Source: Bryobacteraceae bacterium (GTDB lineage: Bacteria; Acidobacteriota; Terriglobia; Bryobacterales; Bryobacteraceae). From it: a DNA stretch of 64,000 nucleotides. The stretch lies in NCBI GenBank assembly GCA_052144935.1, contig JBKQPR010000214.1, positions 5,731-69,730 on the forward strand, read 5' to 3'. The notes beneath the pieces are model-generated. The model worked only from the letters and a program-made list of their open reading frames with translations, searched no databases and had not been told where the DNA came from. Positions 8,641 through 17,500 of the stretch are shown one piece after another. Within the stretch, counting starts at the first letter, position 1. Each line of letters opens with the position of its first letter. A program made the translations under genes and the position numbers.

Positions 8641-9696
8641 TCAGATGTTAATACTCCTTACTTTTCGACGCGCCAGAGCTCCATATAGACCCGGAACTCC
8701 AAGAATTGCAATGACTACGTATCCCAGCGCCTGAGTAACCAAACTATACGCCAGTGCTTGATCGCGTCCTATCCCAAAAGCCGCCAGCACGGTCACCGCG
8801 GCAAACTGATAAATCCCCACGTAACCCGGCGTCGAGGGCAGCGCGCTTCCCAACCCCATCGCGGTCAGCAGCAACACCGCCGCGGGAAACCGCATCTCCA
8901 ACCCCAGGCCACGCGCCGCAACCATCATGCTGGTGGCGTCCGCCGCCCAGATTGCAGCGGTCAACCCAGCGTAACTCATAAACCGCCCCACATCGTGAAA
9001 AGCGCGAATCGCCAGCAGGATCTGCTCCACCATCAGCTTTATCCGCTCCTTTAGCGCCGGTGGAACCGGCAATCGCCGGACGATCCGTTGGACCAACCCC
9101 TCCGCGTGCGGCAGCACCATCAAGGTAAGCGCCCCAACCCCGGCCGCCAGCGCCATGGTGCGCGCCACTCCTTCCATCCAGGCCGGTTTAGAGGCCACTT
9201 GCGAAAGCGTCAGCGATCCCCACAGTACCAGCACAATCGCATCCATCAACCGCTCGCCCACCGCGGTAGTCAGCACATACGCCCGCGATAACGAACACTG
9301 GCTGCTGATGATCAAACTGCGGATCACTTCCCCGGCCCGCGCCGGCAGCACATTGTTCCCCAGATACCCGGCCATATTGGCGCGGAATACCGTGCTCACC
9401 CGCAAAGGCGCGCTGGCGCCGGCATTCAGCAGAATCCGCCACCGCAAGGCACGCAGAACGTAGGAAATCACGCTGACGAGACATCCCCCCGCCAGGTATT
9501 CCCAGCGCGCGGAAACCACCGTGCGCCACACCCGCATCCACTCCACTCCGTGCAGCGCTTTGTACAGAAGCACGGCCGCCAGTCCAATGGCAAACACCCA
9601 CCGCCACGCCGCGAGGCGCGTTCCTCCCTCCGGCCCTCGTGCGCTCTCCACTATCGACGAAGCCATTGCCAGCCTTGAGATTCCAGAGAGTAACAA
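8641..9696 (-). CDS. Flippase-like / lysylphosphatidylglycerol-synthase-TM-domain family membrane protein (UPF0104-like)
   Basis: Polytopic membrane protein with the characteristic LRALRWRILL segment after the second TM helix. Confidence 0.65.
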   Translation of the reverse strand: MLLSGISRLAMASSIVESARGPEGGTRLAAWRWVFAIGLAAVLLYKALHGVEWMRVWRTVVSARWEYLAGGCLVSVISYVLRALRWRILLNAGASAPLRVSTVFRANMAGYLGNNVLPARAGEVIRSLIISSQCSLSRAYVLTTAVGERLMDAIVLVLWGSLTLSQVASKPAWMEGVARTMALAAGVGALTLMVLPHAEGLVQRIVRRLPVPPALKERIKLMVEQILLAIRAFHDVGRFMSYAGLTAAIWAADATSMMVAARGLGLEMRFPAAVLLLTAMGLGSALPSTPGYVGIYQFAAVTVLAAFGIGRDQALAYSLVTQALGYVVIAILGVPGLYGALARRKVRSINI

Positions 9697-9979
9697 AAGA
9701 GCCGTTGACGCGCCCCGTGCTGTATGCGGTTGAGTTCTTCAGCGACCACGGCCTCTCCATGTTATCTGGAAACCATGTCCGGCATCCGGCTGGAACATGG
9801 CTCCGCGCCGGGTTCTCGATTGGTTAATGAAATCGCCGCACAAGAGCGTACCTGCCTGAATGCCTTACCGCAAGGAGCGTGCTGGCTCGATCGGCATCTC
9901 GTCCGGCAACAGTCTGAGCGTTCTGGAGCGGTCTCGAAGTCTTGCTTCCCTGTCATGCCCACGTGATAATGGCGGAGTA

Positions 9980-10717
9980 ATGACCTCACCAGATGCCGAC
10001 TACAAGCAACGCCTGGAAGAGATAGCCGGGGCGCACCTCGTTCCCGACCCGGCCCAGAAGGCCGATGCCGTCCTGCGGTCGCACATCCGGAACCGCATTA
10101 TACGGTGGGTGAGAGGCCCGGAGGTGCTCGAGATGGGCGCCGGGGAGTTGATGTGGACGCAAGGGATCGTAGAGAGCTTCGGCCATTCGTCGATTGTGGA
10201 CGCCTCGGGATCCCTACTAAGAAACGCCCAGGCCGTCTATGGGGACAAGATCACCTGCTATGACAGCCTTTTCGAGAAGTTTCTTCCACCCGATAGAATT
10301 CGATTCGACACGGTGATTGCCACTCACGTCCTGGAACATGTCAACGATCCGGTGGCGGTTTTACAGCATGCCCGGAGGTGGTTGGCGCCCGGCGGGCGGA
10401 TCATCGTCGCAGTGCCGAACGCCACGTCGCTGCACCGCCGTTTGGGAGTCAAAATGGGCTTACTGAAAACCGTCTACGACTTCAGTGAGCGAGACTATCT
10501 GGCGGGGCATCGGCGCGTGTACGATCTGGATAAAATGAAGGCGGACGCCACCGCGGCCGGGCTGAAGATTCTGCATGAGCAGGGCTTCGTTTTGAAGATC
10601 CTTTCGGCGGCCATGATGGCCAACTTCCCGCTGGCGCTGACCAAGGCGATGGCCGATCTGGGCGATGAACTGCCGCCCGAGATGTTGGCGGATAGCGGAC
10701 TGGTTCTGGAGCCTTAA
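9980..10717 (+). CDS. Class I SAM-dependent methyltransferase
   Basis: The internal ATG at 9980 (SD GGCGGAG) gives MTSPDADYKQ... Motif I is VLEMGAGE. LAPGGRIIVAVPNATSLHRRLG is typical of Methyltransf_11/23-like proteins in polysaccharide loci. Confidence 0.8.
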   Translation: MTSPDADYKQRLEEIAGAHLVPDPAQKADAVLRSHIRNRIIRWVRGPEVLEMGAGELMWTQGIVESFGHSSIVDASGSLLRNAQAVYGDKITCYDSLFEKFLPPDRIRFDTVIATHVLEHVNDPVAVLQHARRWLAPGGRIIVAVPNATSLHRRLGVKMGLLKTVYDFSERDYLAGHRRVYDLDKMKADATAAGLKILHEQGFVLKILSAAMMANFPLALTKAMADLGDELPPEMLADSGLVLEP

Positions 10718-10727
10718 CTGGCCCACT

Positions 10728-11468
10728 ATGCCCTCTCCGCCTCAGGATTTGCGTGGCGCAACCGCGATCGGGATGCTTTCCGTCGTCATGCCCGTGTATA
10801 ACGAAGAAGCGGCTATCGAGAGTGTCATCCTGGAGCACCGCGACGTTCTGCACGGACTCCACCAGAACGTTCCCGAATGGGAGATCGTCTGCGTGGACGA
10901 TGGGAGCGTGGATCGCACGCCGGAGATTCTGCGCAATCTTCAGGCGCGGGTGCCGCAACTGCGCGTGATCCGCCAGGAGAATCAGGGCATTTACGGCGCC
11001 CTGGCGCGGGTCATCCAGGAGGCGCGCGGCACGCACGTCTACAACACCGGGTCCGACGGCCAATGGCCGGCCAAGAACCTGGAGACCATGCTGGTGGCGA
11101 TTGCCGGCGGAGCGGACCTGGTGGTCGGGGTACGGAACAACCGGCGGGAGGTTTATTCCCCGGCGCGCCGGCTGATTTCGGGGTGCTTCAATTTCCTGCC
11201 CAGAATCCTGTTCGGAACGCGCGTCGAAGACGCCGGCAGCTCGAAACTGGGAATCCGCGAAATTTTCCGGTATGATCTGATTTCACGCAGCGTTTTTTCC
11301 GAAGCCGAGCGGATTATTCTGGCGCACCGGAAGGGGATGCGTATCGAGTTTGTGCCGATCCATTTTCTGACACGCAGCGGAGGGAAAGCGGTGGGGGCGA
11401 GTTGGAGGAATATCCGCTCGTCCGTCCGGGACCTGTTTCGCTGCCTGTACGCTTATGGCTTTCGTTGA
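10728..11468 (+). CDS. Family 2 glycosyltransferase
   Basis: The internal ATG at 10728 gives ...LSVVMPVYNEEAAIESV...IVCVDDGSVDRTPEIL... Confidence 0.8.
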   Translation: MPSPPQDLRGATAIGMLSVVMPVYNEEAAIESVILEHRDVLHGLHQNVPEWEIVCVDDGSVDRTPEILRNLQARVPQLRVIRQENQGIYGALARVIQEARGTHVYNTGSDGQWPAKNLETMLVAIAGGADLVVGVRNNRREVYSPARRLISGCFNFLPRILFGTRVEDAGSSKLGIREIFRYDLISRSVFSEAERIILAHRKGMRIEFVPIHFLTRSGGKAVGASWRNIRSSVRDLFRCLYAYGFR

Positions 11469-11491
11469 TTCCATCGTCATTGGAGACGCCC

Positions 11492-12313
11492 ATGCATAAT
11501 GCAGACTCCGACCGCTTTCCAGGCTCCTTCGTATCGCCGGAAGCGCGCATCGGCAAGAACGTTCAGATCGGGATTGCCAGCCGTGTGTACCCTTGGGCTG
11601 AGATCGGCGACGATAGCGTGATCGGAGACTACTGCATCATCGGACACCCCGCGGGAGGACCGGCAGCCAACGGCCGGACCGCGATCGGACCGGGCAGCGT
11701 CGTGCGGTCGCACGCGGTAATCTACCAGGACGTGCATGTAGGGCCCAACTTCCAGACGGGGCATCACACCTTGCTGCGCGACGGGGTGCGGGCGGGCATT
11801 AATCTGCGCATCGGCAGTTTCTCGGATTTAGAGGGCGAGTGTACGATCGGCGATTACTGCCGGTTCCACGGGTACGTACAGGCGGCACGGGGCAGCAAGA
11901 TCGGGAGTTTCGTGTGGCTGTTTTCGCTGGTGACGCTGACGGCCGACCCGCTGCCGCCATCGCACTTCGAAAGGCCCTCTGTGGTAGAAGATGGCGTGGT
12001 GGTGTGTGTAGGTTGCACGGTGTTGCCGGGGACATGGCTGCGGAAGGGAGCGTTTGTGTGCGCGGGAAGCTGCGCGCGGGGAGAAGTGCCTCCGGGAGGT
12101 GTGGTGGACGGCCATCGCGGCGAAGTGATGTCGCACGTGACGCAACTGGGGAACAAGAAACTGGGAATCGCGCACCCGTGGATGGGGCACTTCGCCGCCG
12201 CCTATCCGGAGGAGGCCCAAGAGCGAATTAAGGCCCTGCACCAGGAGATTCTGGCACAAACGGAATTGTACGACGAGTTCCGCGCGAAGCGGAAGCGGAG
12301 GGGCGCACTTTAG
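11492..12313 (+). CDS. Hexapeptide-repeat (LbH) acyl/acetyltransferase, WbpD-like
   Basis: The internal ATG at 11492 (SD GGAGA) gives imperfect hexapeptide repeats (IGKNVQIGIASRV, IGDDSVIGDYCIIG, IGPGSVVRSHAVIY...). Confidence 0.8.
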   Translation: MHNADSDRFPGSFVSPEARIGKNVQIGIASRVYPWAEIGDDSVIGDYCIIGHPAGGPAANGRTAIGPGSVVRSHAVIYQDVHVGPNFQTGHHTLLRDGVRAGINLRIGSFSDLEGECTIGDYCRFHGYVQAARGSKIGSFVWLFSLVTLTADPLPPSHFERPSVVEDGVVVCVGCTVLPGTWLRKGAFVCAGSCARGEVPPGGVVDGHRGEVMSHVTQLGNKKLGIAHPWMGHFAAAYPEEAQERIKALHQEILAQTELYDEFRAKRKRRGAL

Positions 12314-12555
12314 TTGCTCGCGGCACGGCGGCCGATGAGGTCGGCGAGTTCACCGACGTTCCTGGTCTTTTCGACTTCGCCAACGCGGAAGCTGGCATGG
12401 AAATGCTTCTCGACCGCTAACAAGAGGGAGATCTGGGTGAGCGAATCCCACTCCTCTACCTCGCCTGCGGTCAATTCAGGCGTCAGAATGACCTTGTCCA
12501 TGAACAGGTCGTCGAAGATCTCTTGGAGGCTGGTGATGGTTTCAACTTGCGTCAT
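12310..12555 (-). CDS. Acyl carrier protein (phosphopantetheine-binding)
   Basis: 81 aa with EEWDSLTQISLLLAVE (Ser attachment motif DSL) in a four-helix-sized protein. Confidence 0.8.
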   Translation of the reverse strand: MTQVETITSLQEIFDDLFMDKVILTPELTAGEVEEWDSLTQISLLLAVEKHFHASFRVGEVEKTRNVGELADLIGRRAASN

Positions 12556-12985
12556 AAGATCCTTCCGTTATCCGGATTCTGGCCGGTTTGTTCGTATATG
12601 AGGCGGGATCCAGTTCGAATTCGAAGCGGTCCCAGGCAGCCCGCGCGAGCCTGAAGTGCCACGCGAACGGTCTGCCGCGGAAGCGCGAGACCCTCGAGAC
12701 CTTGCGCGCAGCCCGTTTGCGTAAAGAGGAGAGCAGCAGGACTTCTTCGCAGCCGTGGGCGGCCAAAGTGCACGCGCGCAAAGCGGGAAAAAACCGCAGG
12801 TCCTGGAGTAGGGCCAGTTTCAATTCGCCCACGGCATAATGGCGGCTGGGTTCGAGCTTCGCGCGCCGCGGAATTTTCGGCGCCACCGGTCTTAGTGCCC
12901 ACCGCCATCGCTCTTCCTCTGTCCCAACACGGTTATAGTGGCGGAACAATGCTCGGCGTCGCAAAATTTTTGCAAAATATAGAAG

Positions 12986-13447
12986 ATGCGCGCATACGAA
13001 GTCACAGGAGCATGGATGGACTTAGAGAAACGCGGCGATTTCACTTTCGACGACTTGGTTTTAGGCACCGAGTTCCAGCAGCAGTACGAGATCACTGGCG
13101 ATGTATACCGGAAGTTCCTCGATCTCTTCGGCGATGCCAGCCCGTTGCATGTGGACGACCGGGCGGCGATATCCTGCGGCTTTCCGGCGAAGCTGATGCA
13201 TGGCGCCATGCTCAACGGTTTCCTCTCGAATTTCGTGGGTATGAATTTTCCGGGCAAGCGGACCTTGGAACTCGGAGTGGAAATCCATTTCGTAAAGCCG
13301 ATCTATCTGGGCGACGTGGTGCGGTTGGAAGCTACCGTCAAGGAGCGCTTGGAATCGAAGCAGGTGGTGGTGCTCCAATTCCGATTCATGCGCGAGAAGA
13401 CCATGGTCGCCAAAGGGCGGGTGTCGATCCTGATCTGCAATATTTAA
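12986..13447 (+). CDS. MaoC-like (R)-hydratase/dehydratase, hot-dog fold
   Basis: FGDASPLHVDDRAAISCGFPAKLMHGAMLNG is the hydratase 2 motif region. Confidence 0.8.
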   Translation: MRAYEVTGAWMDLEKRGDFTFDDLVLGTEFQQQYEITGDVYRKFLDLFGDASPLHVDDRAAISCGFPAKLMHGAMLNGFLSNFVGMNFPGKRTLELGVEIHFVKPIYLGDVVRLEATVKERLESKQVVVLQFRFMREKTMVAKGRVSILICNI

Positions 13448-13584
13448 GTTCCAAGCGCCCGGCAGCCAGCCTGGCCGCCGGCCGCGAAGGCCGGGCGCCG
13501 TTCGATACGTCCACCACCAGCGCGTCCGCCGCGGCGCGGGAGCAGAGGCGGGCCCCTCAACTCCGCAGGTGTAGAATAAGTCAC

Positions 13585-13884
13585 ATGGATGAAACGCCAG
13601 TTACGCGCGCCGAAGCTCTCGGGCTGTTCGAGGCCATGAAGCAGGAACTGTTGAGCGGGGTTCAGGAACTCGTTCGTACCGCCCAAACCGAGATCCTGCG
13701 GACCTTCCTGCAATTCCATGAAGGCAGCCACGTGCGCATCAGGGCGATCGAAGTCAAATTCTCCGCCAGCGATGCGGCCGTCAATGAGCGTTTGTCGATC
13801 CTGGAGCGCCGCCTGGCCGAAATCGAAAAGCGCCTGATGCTGGAGCTCCCCGGTATCATGGATCCAAAAACGCCGCTGCAATGA
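13585..13884 (+). CDS. Hypothetical small coiled-coil protein
   Basis: The internal ATG at 13585 of ORF 12895..13884 gives 99 aa with heptad-like segments (NERLSILERRLAEIEKRL). There is no clear SD and no recognisable family. Confidence 0.35.
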   Translation: MDETPVTRAEALGLFEAMKQELLSGVQELVRTAQTEILRTFLQFHEGSHVRIRAIEVKFSASDAAVNERLSILERRLAEIEKRLMLELPGIMDPKTPLQ

Positions 13885-14265
13885 GTTCCCGCGAAGGCGA
13901 GCCTCGCATCTCACGGTCGTGGCTCGGCACGGAGCCGCGAGCGTTAGTTAGGTTAGCGAGCTGTTTCCCGGCATTAGCGAATCTGGCGTTCGGGAACACC
14001 CGCCCGCCGCAATTCCTGAGATGATCGGGAAGTGGACGGGCAGCGCCGAGGTGGGCAATCGCCCGGCACCGCAGCCGCAACGAATCGCGCGGCCGGCCCT
14101 ACTCCTCTTGCCCCCTTTTGGGGTGCTTAACCGTCTCCGGAACTTCGCCGTTCCGCGGCGCCAACCGCTCCCGGCCGGGTGCCCTCCGGTCCCGGCTCCG
14201 TTAAAGTCGTGCTGATCCGGCGCGCGTTACAGAGCCGGGCCCAGAGGGCGCGAAGCCACAACGTC

Positions 14266-14505
14266 TCACCCCTGAGCCGGAGATAGGCCCTGCGTGCGCG
14301 TCGTAATGACAACCGTGCCACTGGCGCTAAGGCTGGCCTGTTCAATATGAGGAAAGAGGGAAAGCCATTCTTCCGGCGTCAAAGGCTCCGTATGTTGATC
14401 CGAAGCGACAATCGTCTGTTTTTGAGGTTCCAGGGCCGCTTCGCGGGTTACCCCAGCAAGCAAAGCAACAACAGCACTTTCAGCAACTAGCCCTCTAAAT
14501 TTCAT
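14266..14505 (-). CDS. Hypothetical small protein with signal-peptide-like N-terminus
   Basis: 79 aa, MKFRGLVAESAVVALLAGV..., with a good SD (GGGAGG) upstream. Codon usage is AT-richer than neighbouring genes. No family recognised. Confidence 0.4.
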   Translation of the reverse strand: MKFRGLVAESAVVALLAGVTREAALEPQKQTIVASDQHTEPLTPEEWLSLFPHIEQASLSASGTVVITTRTQGLSPAQG

Positions 14506-14592
14506 CGATCCTCCCGATGGACTCCATTATCGGTCAAACGACCACCGAAGCGGAAGACAGGACGAAGCTGGATATGTAGCGAGTGGGAAACC

Positions 14593-15015
14593 TCACCCCT
14601 CCCAGGGATTGAGAACCGGTACGCCCGCCTTGTCGTAGTCGCTTCGATCCCTGGTCACCACCGTCAGGCCGTGGTGAAGAGCGGTCGCGGCGATGATCAG
14701 ATCAGGTTGGGAGTAGGTGTGTCCGGTTTTCCGGCCTTCTTCCAGCAGAACTCTCCACCTGAACATGATGTCCTCCGTAACCGGCAATACGCGCTGATCG
14801 AACATGGGACGGATCGTATGCGTAAGCCAGTGATCCAATTCCCCGTGGCGGGCGCTCCCCACGGTCAACAGGCCGATACCGAAGCGAAGCTCGGCCAGCG
14901 TGACGACGCTGACGTAAAGCTCGTCAAGGGGGTAACCGGCGGTGAACGCCAGCACCTTCGGCTCCGGCTTTAGCCGGCGTATTTCCGAAAGAATGTTCGT
15001 ATCCAGAAGCCACAT
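14593..15015 (-). CDS. vapC: PIN-domain toxin VapC/FitB-like
   Basis: MWLLDTNILSEI...TLAELRFG...IIAATALHHGLTVVTRDRSDY carries the conserved acidic PIN residues. The start overlaps the antitoxin stop. Confidence 0.85.
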   Translation of the reverse strand: MWLLDTNILSEIRRLKPEPKVLAFTAGYPLDELYVSVVTLAELRFGIGLLTVGSARHGELDHWLTHTIRPMFDQRVLPVTEDIMFRWRVLLEEGRKTGHTYSQPDLIIAATALHHGLTVVTRDRSDYDKAGVPVLNPWEG

Positions 15016-15275
15016 CAGAGCACAACGTCGCGCACCGGTAAAGGATAGCGAGCCGGCTCAATCTCCAGTTCCCGATCAGGCGAAGCCTGTAGGGCCGCAA
15101 TGAGGTCGGCTCCCGTGCGTTTATCGCGTGGCTTTCCAGGGGGTTCTTGGACCGTCGGCGAAGCCTTCAACGCCTGCATAAGAACGTCTTCGACGTTGTG
15201 GAACCCGCCGCTTTTCATGCGCTGGAGGATCAGGGCCTCAAGTTCGGGTCTGTGAATCTCAATGGTCATGGGCAA
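15015..15275 (-). CDS. VapB/FitA-like antitoxin
   Basis: 86-aa ORF immediately upstream of, and overlapping, the PIN toxin. C-terminal tail ...YPLPVRDVVL. Confidence 0.7.
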   Translation of the reverse strand: MPMTIEIHRPELEALILQRMKSGGFHNVEDVLMQALKASPTVQEPPGKPRDKRTGADLIAALQASPDRELEIEPARYPLPVRDVVL

Positions 15276-15523
15276 GACCTCCTTTCATGGTAGCCTTTTG
15301 GCACAGCAGGCGCTGCGTCACGCGCCGGAAAGATCGCCGCCCGGAAAAGGGAGCGTAGCCGTACGTGATGCCGCGATTGTGAAACATCAGACCTGAAACA
15401 TTCAAGGCCGCTGTTTACGGGCCTTCCCCCGCGTGTTTCAAGTGCTACCCATTCTGAAACCGAGGTCAAACCTACCCATTTCGGTTGAAAAAAGTCGACG
15501 TGTGAAAGCGGCGCAGGCCGCTA

Positions 15524-15872
15524 TCACTTCAACAAAGCGTCGACCCCGCTGTTTTAGCTTGGGGAAATCATCCCTGACGGTGGTCCACACTATTCCCAAA
15601 TCGACGGAGAATTACTCATGGATCGCTATGTTGCGCATCCCGCGCATTTGCGCCCATGGAATCTCTGGATGCTGTTTGATGAAGTCCGGGGCTGCTGGTG
15701 ATGTTGTTCACGGCCTCGCCGATGAACTCGATGTTCCGAACAACGGCATCCTGAACCCGCGGGTTCGTTTGAAAGGCTTCGAGATCCGGTACAGGCCGAA
15801 GTAGCCTGTCACTCGGTCAATCGCTTCGGCAATGTGTTCCAAATAGTCTTCGACACTCTCCGGATATTTCAT
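15524..15872 (-). pseudogene. HEPN (DUF86) toxin of a HEPN-MNT pair, decayed
   Basis: The minus-strand ATG at 15872 overlaps the MNT stop (ATGA). The DUF86-like sequence is spread over three frames: MKYPESVEDYLEHIAEAIDRV.. / ..DLEAFQTNPRVQDAVVRNIEFIGEAVNNI.. / ..FIKQHPEIPWAQMRGMRNIAIHE*FSVDLGIVWTTV.. / ..VDALLK*. There is an in-frame TAA where the conserved Tyr after the R-x4-H motif is expected. No intact ORF appears in the track. Confidence 0.75.
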
Positions 15873-16159
15873 AGGGGCCGCGGCTGTCCCAGCACCTCGT
15901 CGCGGAACTTCGGCGGCAAGCTGTTCGGAGTTAAAAACGACACCGGCACGCCAGGCAATTTCTCGACGTCGCTCTTCAAACCGGCAATCGTAAGCAGGCT
16001 GGTGGATTGTCCAGGTTCAACGAGCAGGTCAAGATCGCTCTCATCCGTGTCCGTTCCGCTGAGGACTGACCCAAAGACGCGGGGGCGAGAGAGGCCGTAA
16101 CGGCTGACAAGCAGCCGCAATTCGCTGCCGTGGGCTGTGAGGGCTTCCGAGGGTTTCAT
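15869..16159 (-). CDS. MNT-type nucleotidyltransferase antitoxin
   Basis: VFGSVLSGTDTDESDLDLLVE is the GS-x10-DxD nucleotidyltransferase motif. Confidence 0.85.
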   Translation of the reverse strand: MKPSEALTAHGSELRLLVSRYGLSRPRVFGSVLSGTDTDESDLDLLVEPGQSTSLLTIAGLKSDVEKLPGVPVSFLTPNSLPPKFRDEVLGQPRPL

Positions 16160-16662
16160 GGCCGGTTCTCCGTTCTCCGCTTTTTCAGCGTAGCTTTTTT
16201 AGCACGGACCTGCGGCGGCGTCACGGGCGGAAAACGGCGCCGCTGGAAAACACGCAAGGGCGAAAGGGACCCTTTGCGAAACGGCGCTGTCATGTTTCAG
16301 CTCGCCAAGCACCGCCCAAATAGTTGAACTGGCGACGCCTTCCGGCCAATGCGGATCCGGGACCACAAATACGCTGGCTACGACGATTCGGACCAAGTCC
16401 TTCAAAGCCCGTCGGGCCGCGGAGACTTGAACCCCGCAGGGCCCGGGAAATCGGGTGCGCCGGCAAGCACCGGGCACGCCGCCGATCAACCCCCGGCGGC
16501 CAAAGTCCCACCCCGGTCCCGCCGTCGGAAAACCGGCCGAATCCGTTTAAGCGCTCCCCCCTCTTCGGCACGTTCTACCGCGTGTTCAGTTAATATTTAA
16601 GATGGCGGGGAACTACTTCAGCACGGCGGACGCCTGGCCGGGACCTCGCTCCGCGACTGTCG

Positions 16663-17470
16663 TTGGAGAGGCGGGGGTTGTTGGCCTTGGCAGAGAATAA
16701 ACAGGTTTCCAGCGAAGAGCGGCAAGTGGACCGGTTGCTCCGGACTTACCCACACCCGCGCCCGGCTCTGGCTCCGGAGTACCAACGTTTTTTTCTGGAT
16801 CACTATCGCAGCAATCGCTCCTCGGCGGGAATCCTCAACGGATTGGTCGCCCGCCTGGAAGGGTGGATGCACAAGCGCGTTGCGGAGGCGGCGATTCCCG
16901 GCGCGGCCATTTTGGAGACGGGGCTGGTACCCTGAATCACGTTCCGTATGATATGAGCGTCAAGCCGGCATTTACGATGTCGTCGAACCCTTCCGCTTGC
17001 TTTGGGAAGACAGCCCGCACCGGAAAGCAGTGCGCCGGATTTACGGGGATATCGGCGAAGTCCCCGATGGAGTTCGTTATGATCGGATACTGTCGATAGC
17101 CGTACTGGAACATCTTACATGTCTTCCCTCGGTTGTGGCGCATTGCGGGACTTGGTTGGCGGACGGAGGGTTGTTCCAGGCCGGAATCCCCACCGAGGGC
17201 GGGACGCTTTGGGGCGCGGCTTGGCGATCGACGACGGGGGTCGCGTTTCGTCTGAAGCGCGGGCTAAGTTATGTTCCAATCATGCGGCATGAGCATGTGA
17301 ACAACGCGGCGGAAATCGAGGCGGTGGTGGCCTACCTTTTTGCGGAAGTTTCGATGCGGCGCTTTCCTTGGCCGTGGCGGTATCTGAGTTTCTACACTTA
17401 TATCGCGGCCCGCAAAGTCCGGCTCGATAGGTGCCGTCTCCTGTTGCAGAACGTCTGTGCAAACCGGTAG
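16663..17470 (+). pseudogene. Class I SAM-dependent methyltransferase with two frameshifts
   Basis: Three consecutive frames read ...AAILETG / GAGTLNHVPYDMSVKPA / YDVVEPFRLLWEDSPHRKAVRRIYGDIGEVPDGVRYDRILSIAVLEHL... Motif I (LExGAGT) is split by a shift in a G-run at about 16918-16921. A second shift is at about 16970-16973. Confidence 0.6.
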
Positions 17471-17500
17471 CGCCGGCCAGTTATAGAGTGACGAGTCAGC

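Noticed and set aside
12542-12964. 140-aa minus-strand ORF (TTG start) between the ACP and MaoC genes, overlapping the ACP start by 14 nt. I considered it as a possible PPTase or loader.
   Set aside because: No PPTase, ligase or other family motif is recognisable. It is Arg-rich, and its third-position GC looked lower than in neighbouring genes by a rough hand count. It is left unannotated but is worth an HMM search.
13569-13575. An isolated GGTGTAG heptamer upstream of the small coiled-coil ORF, considered as a dispersed iteron.
   Set aside because: The TGGAA half is missing at the correct spacing, and a heptamer match alone is expected by chance.
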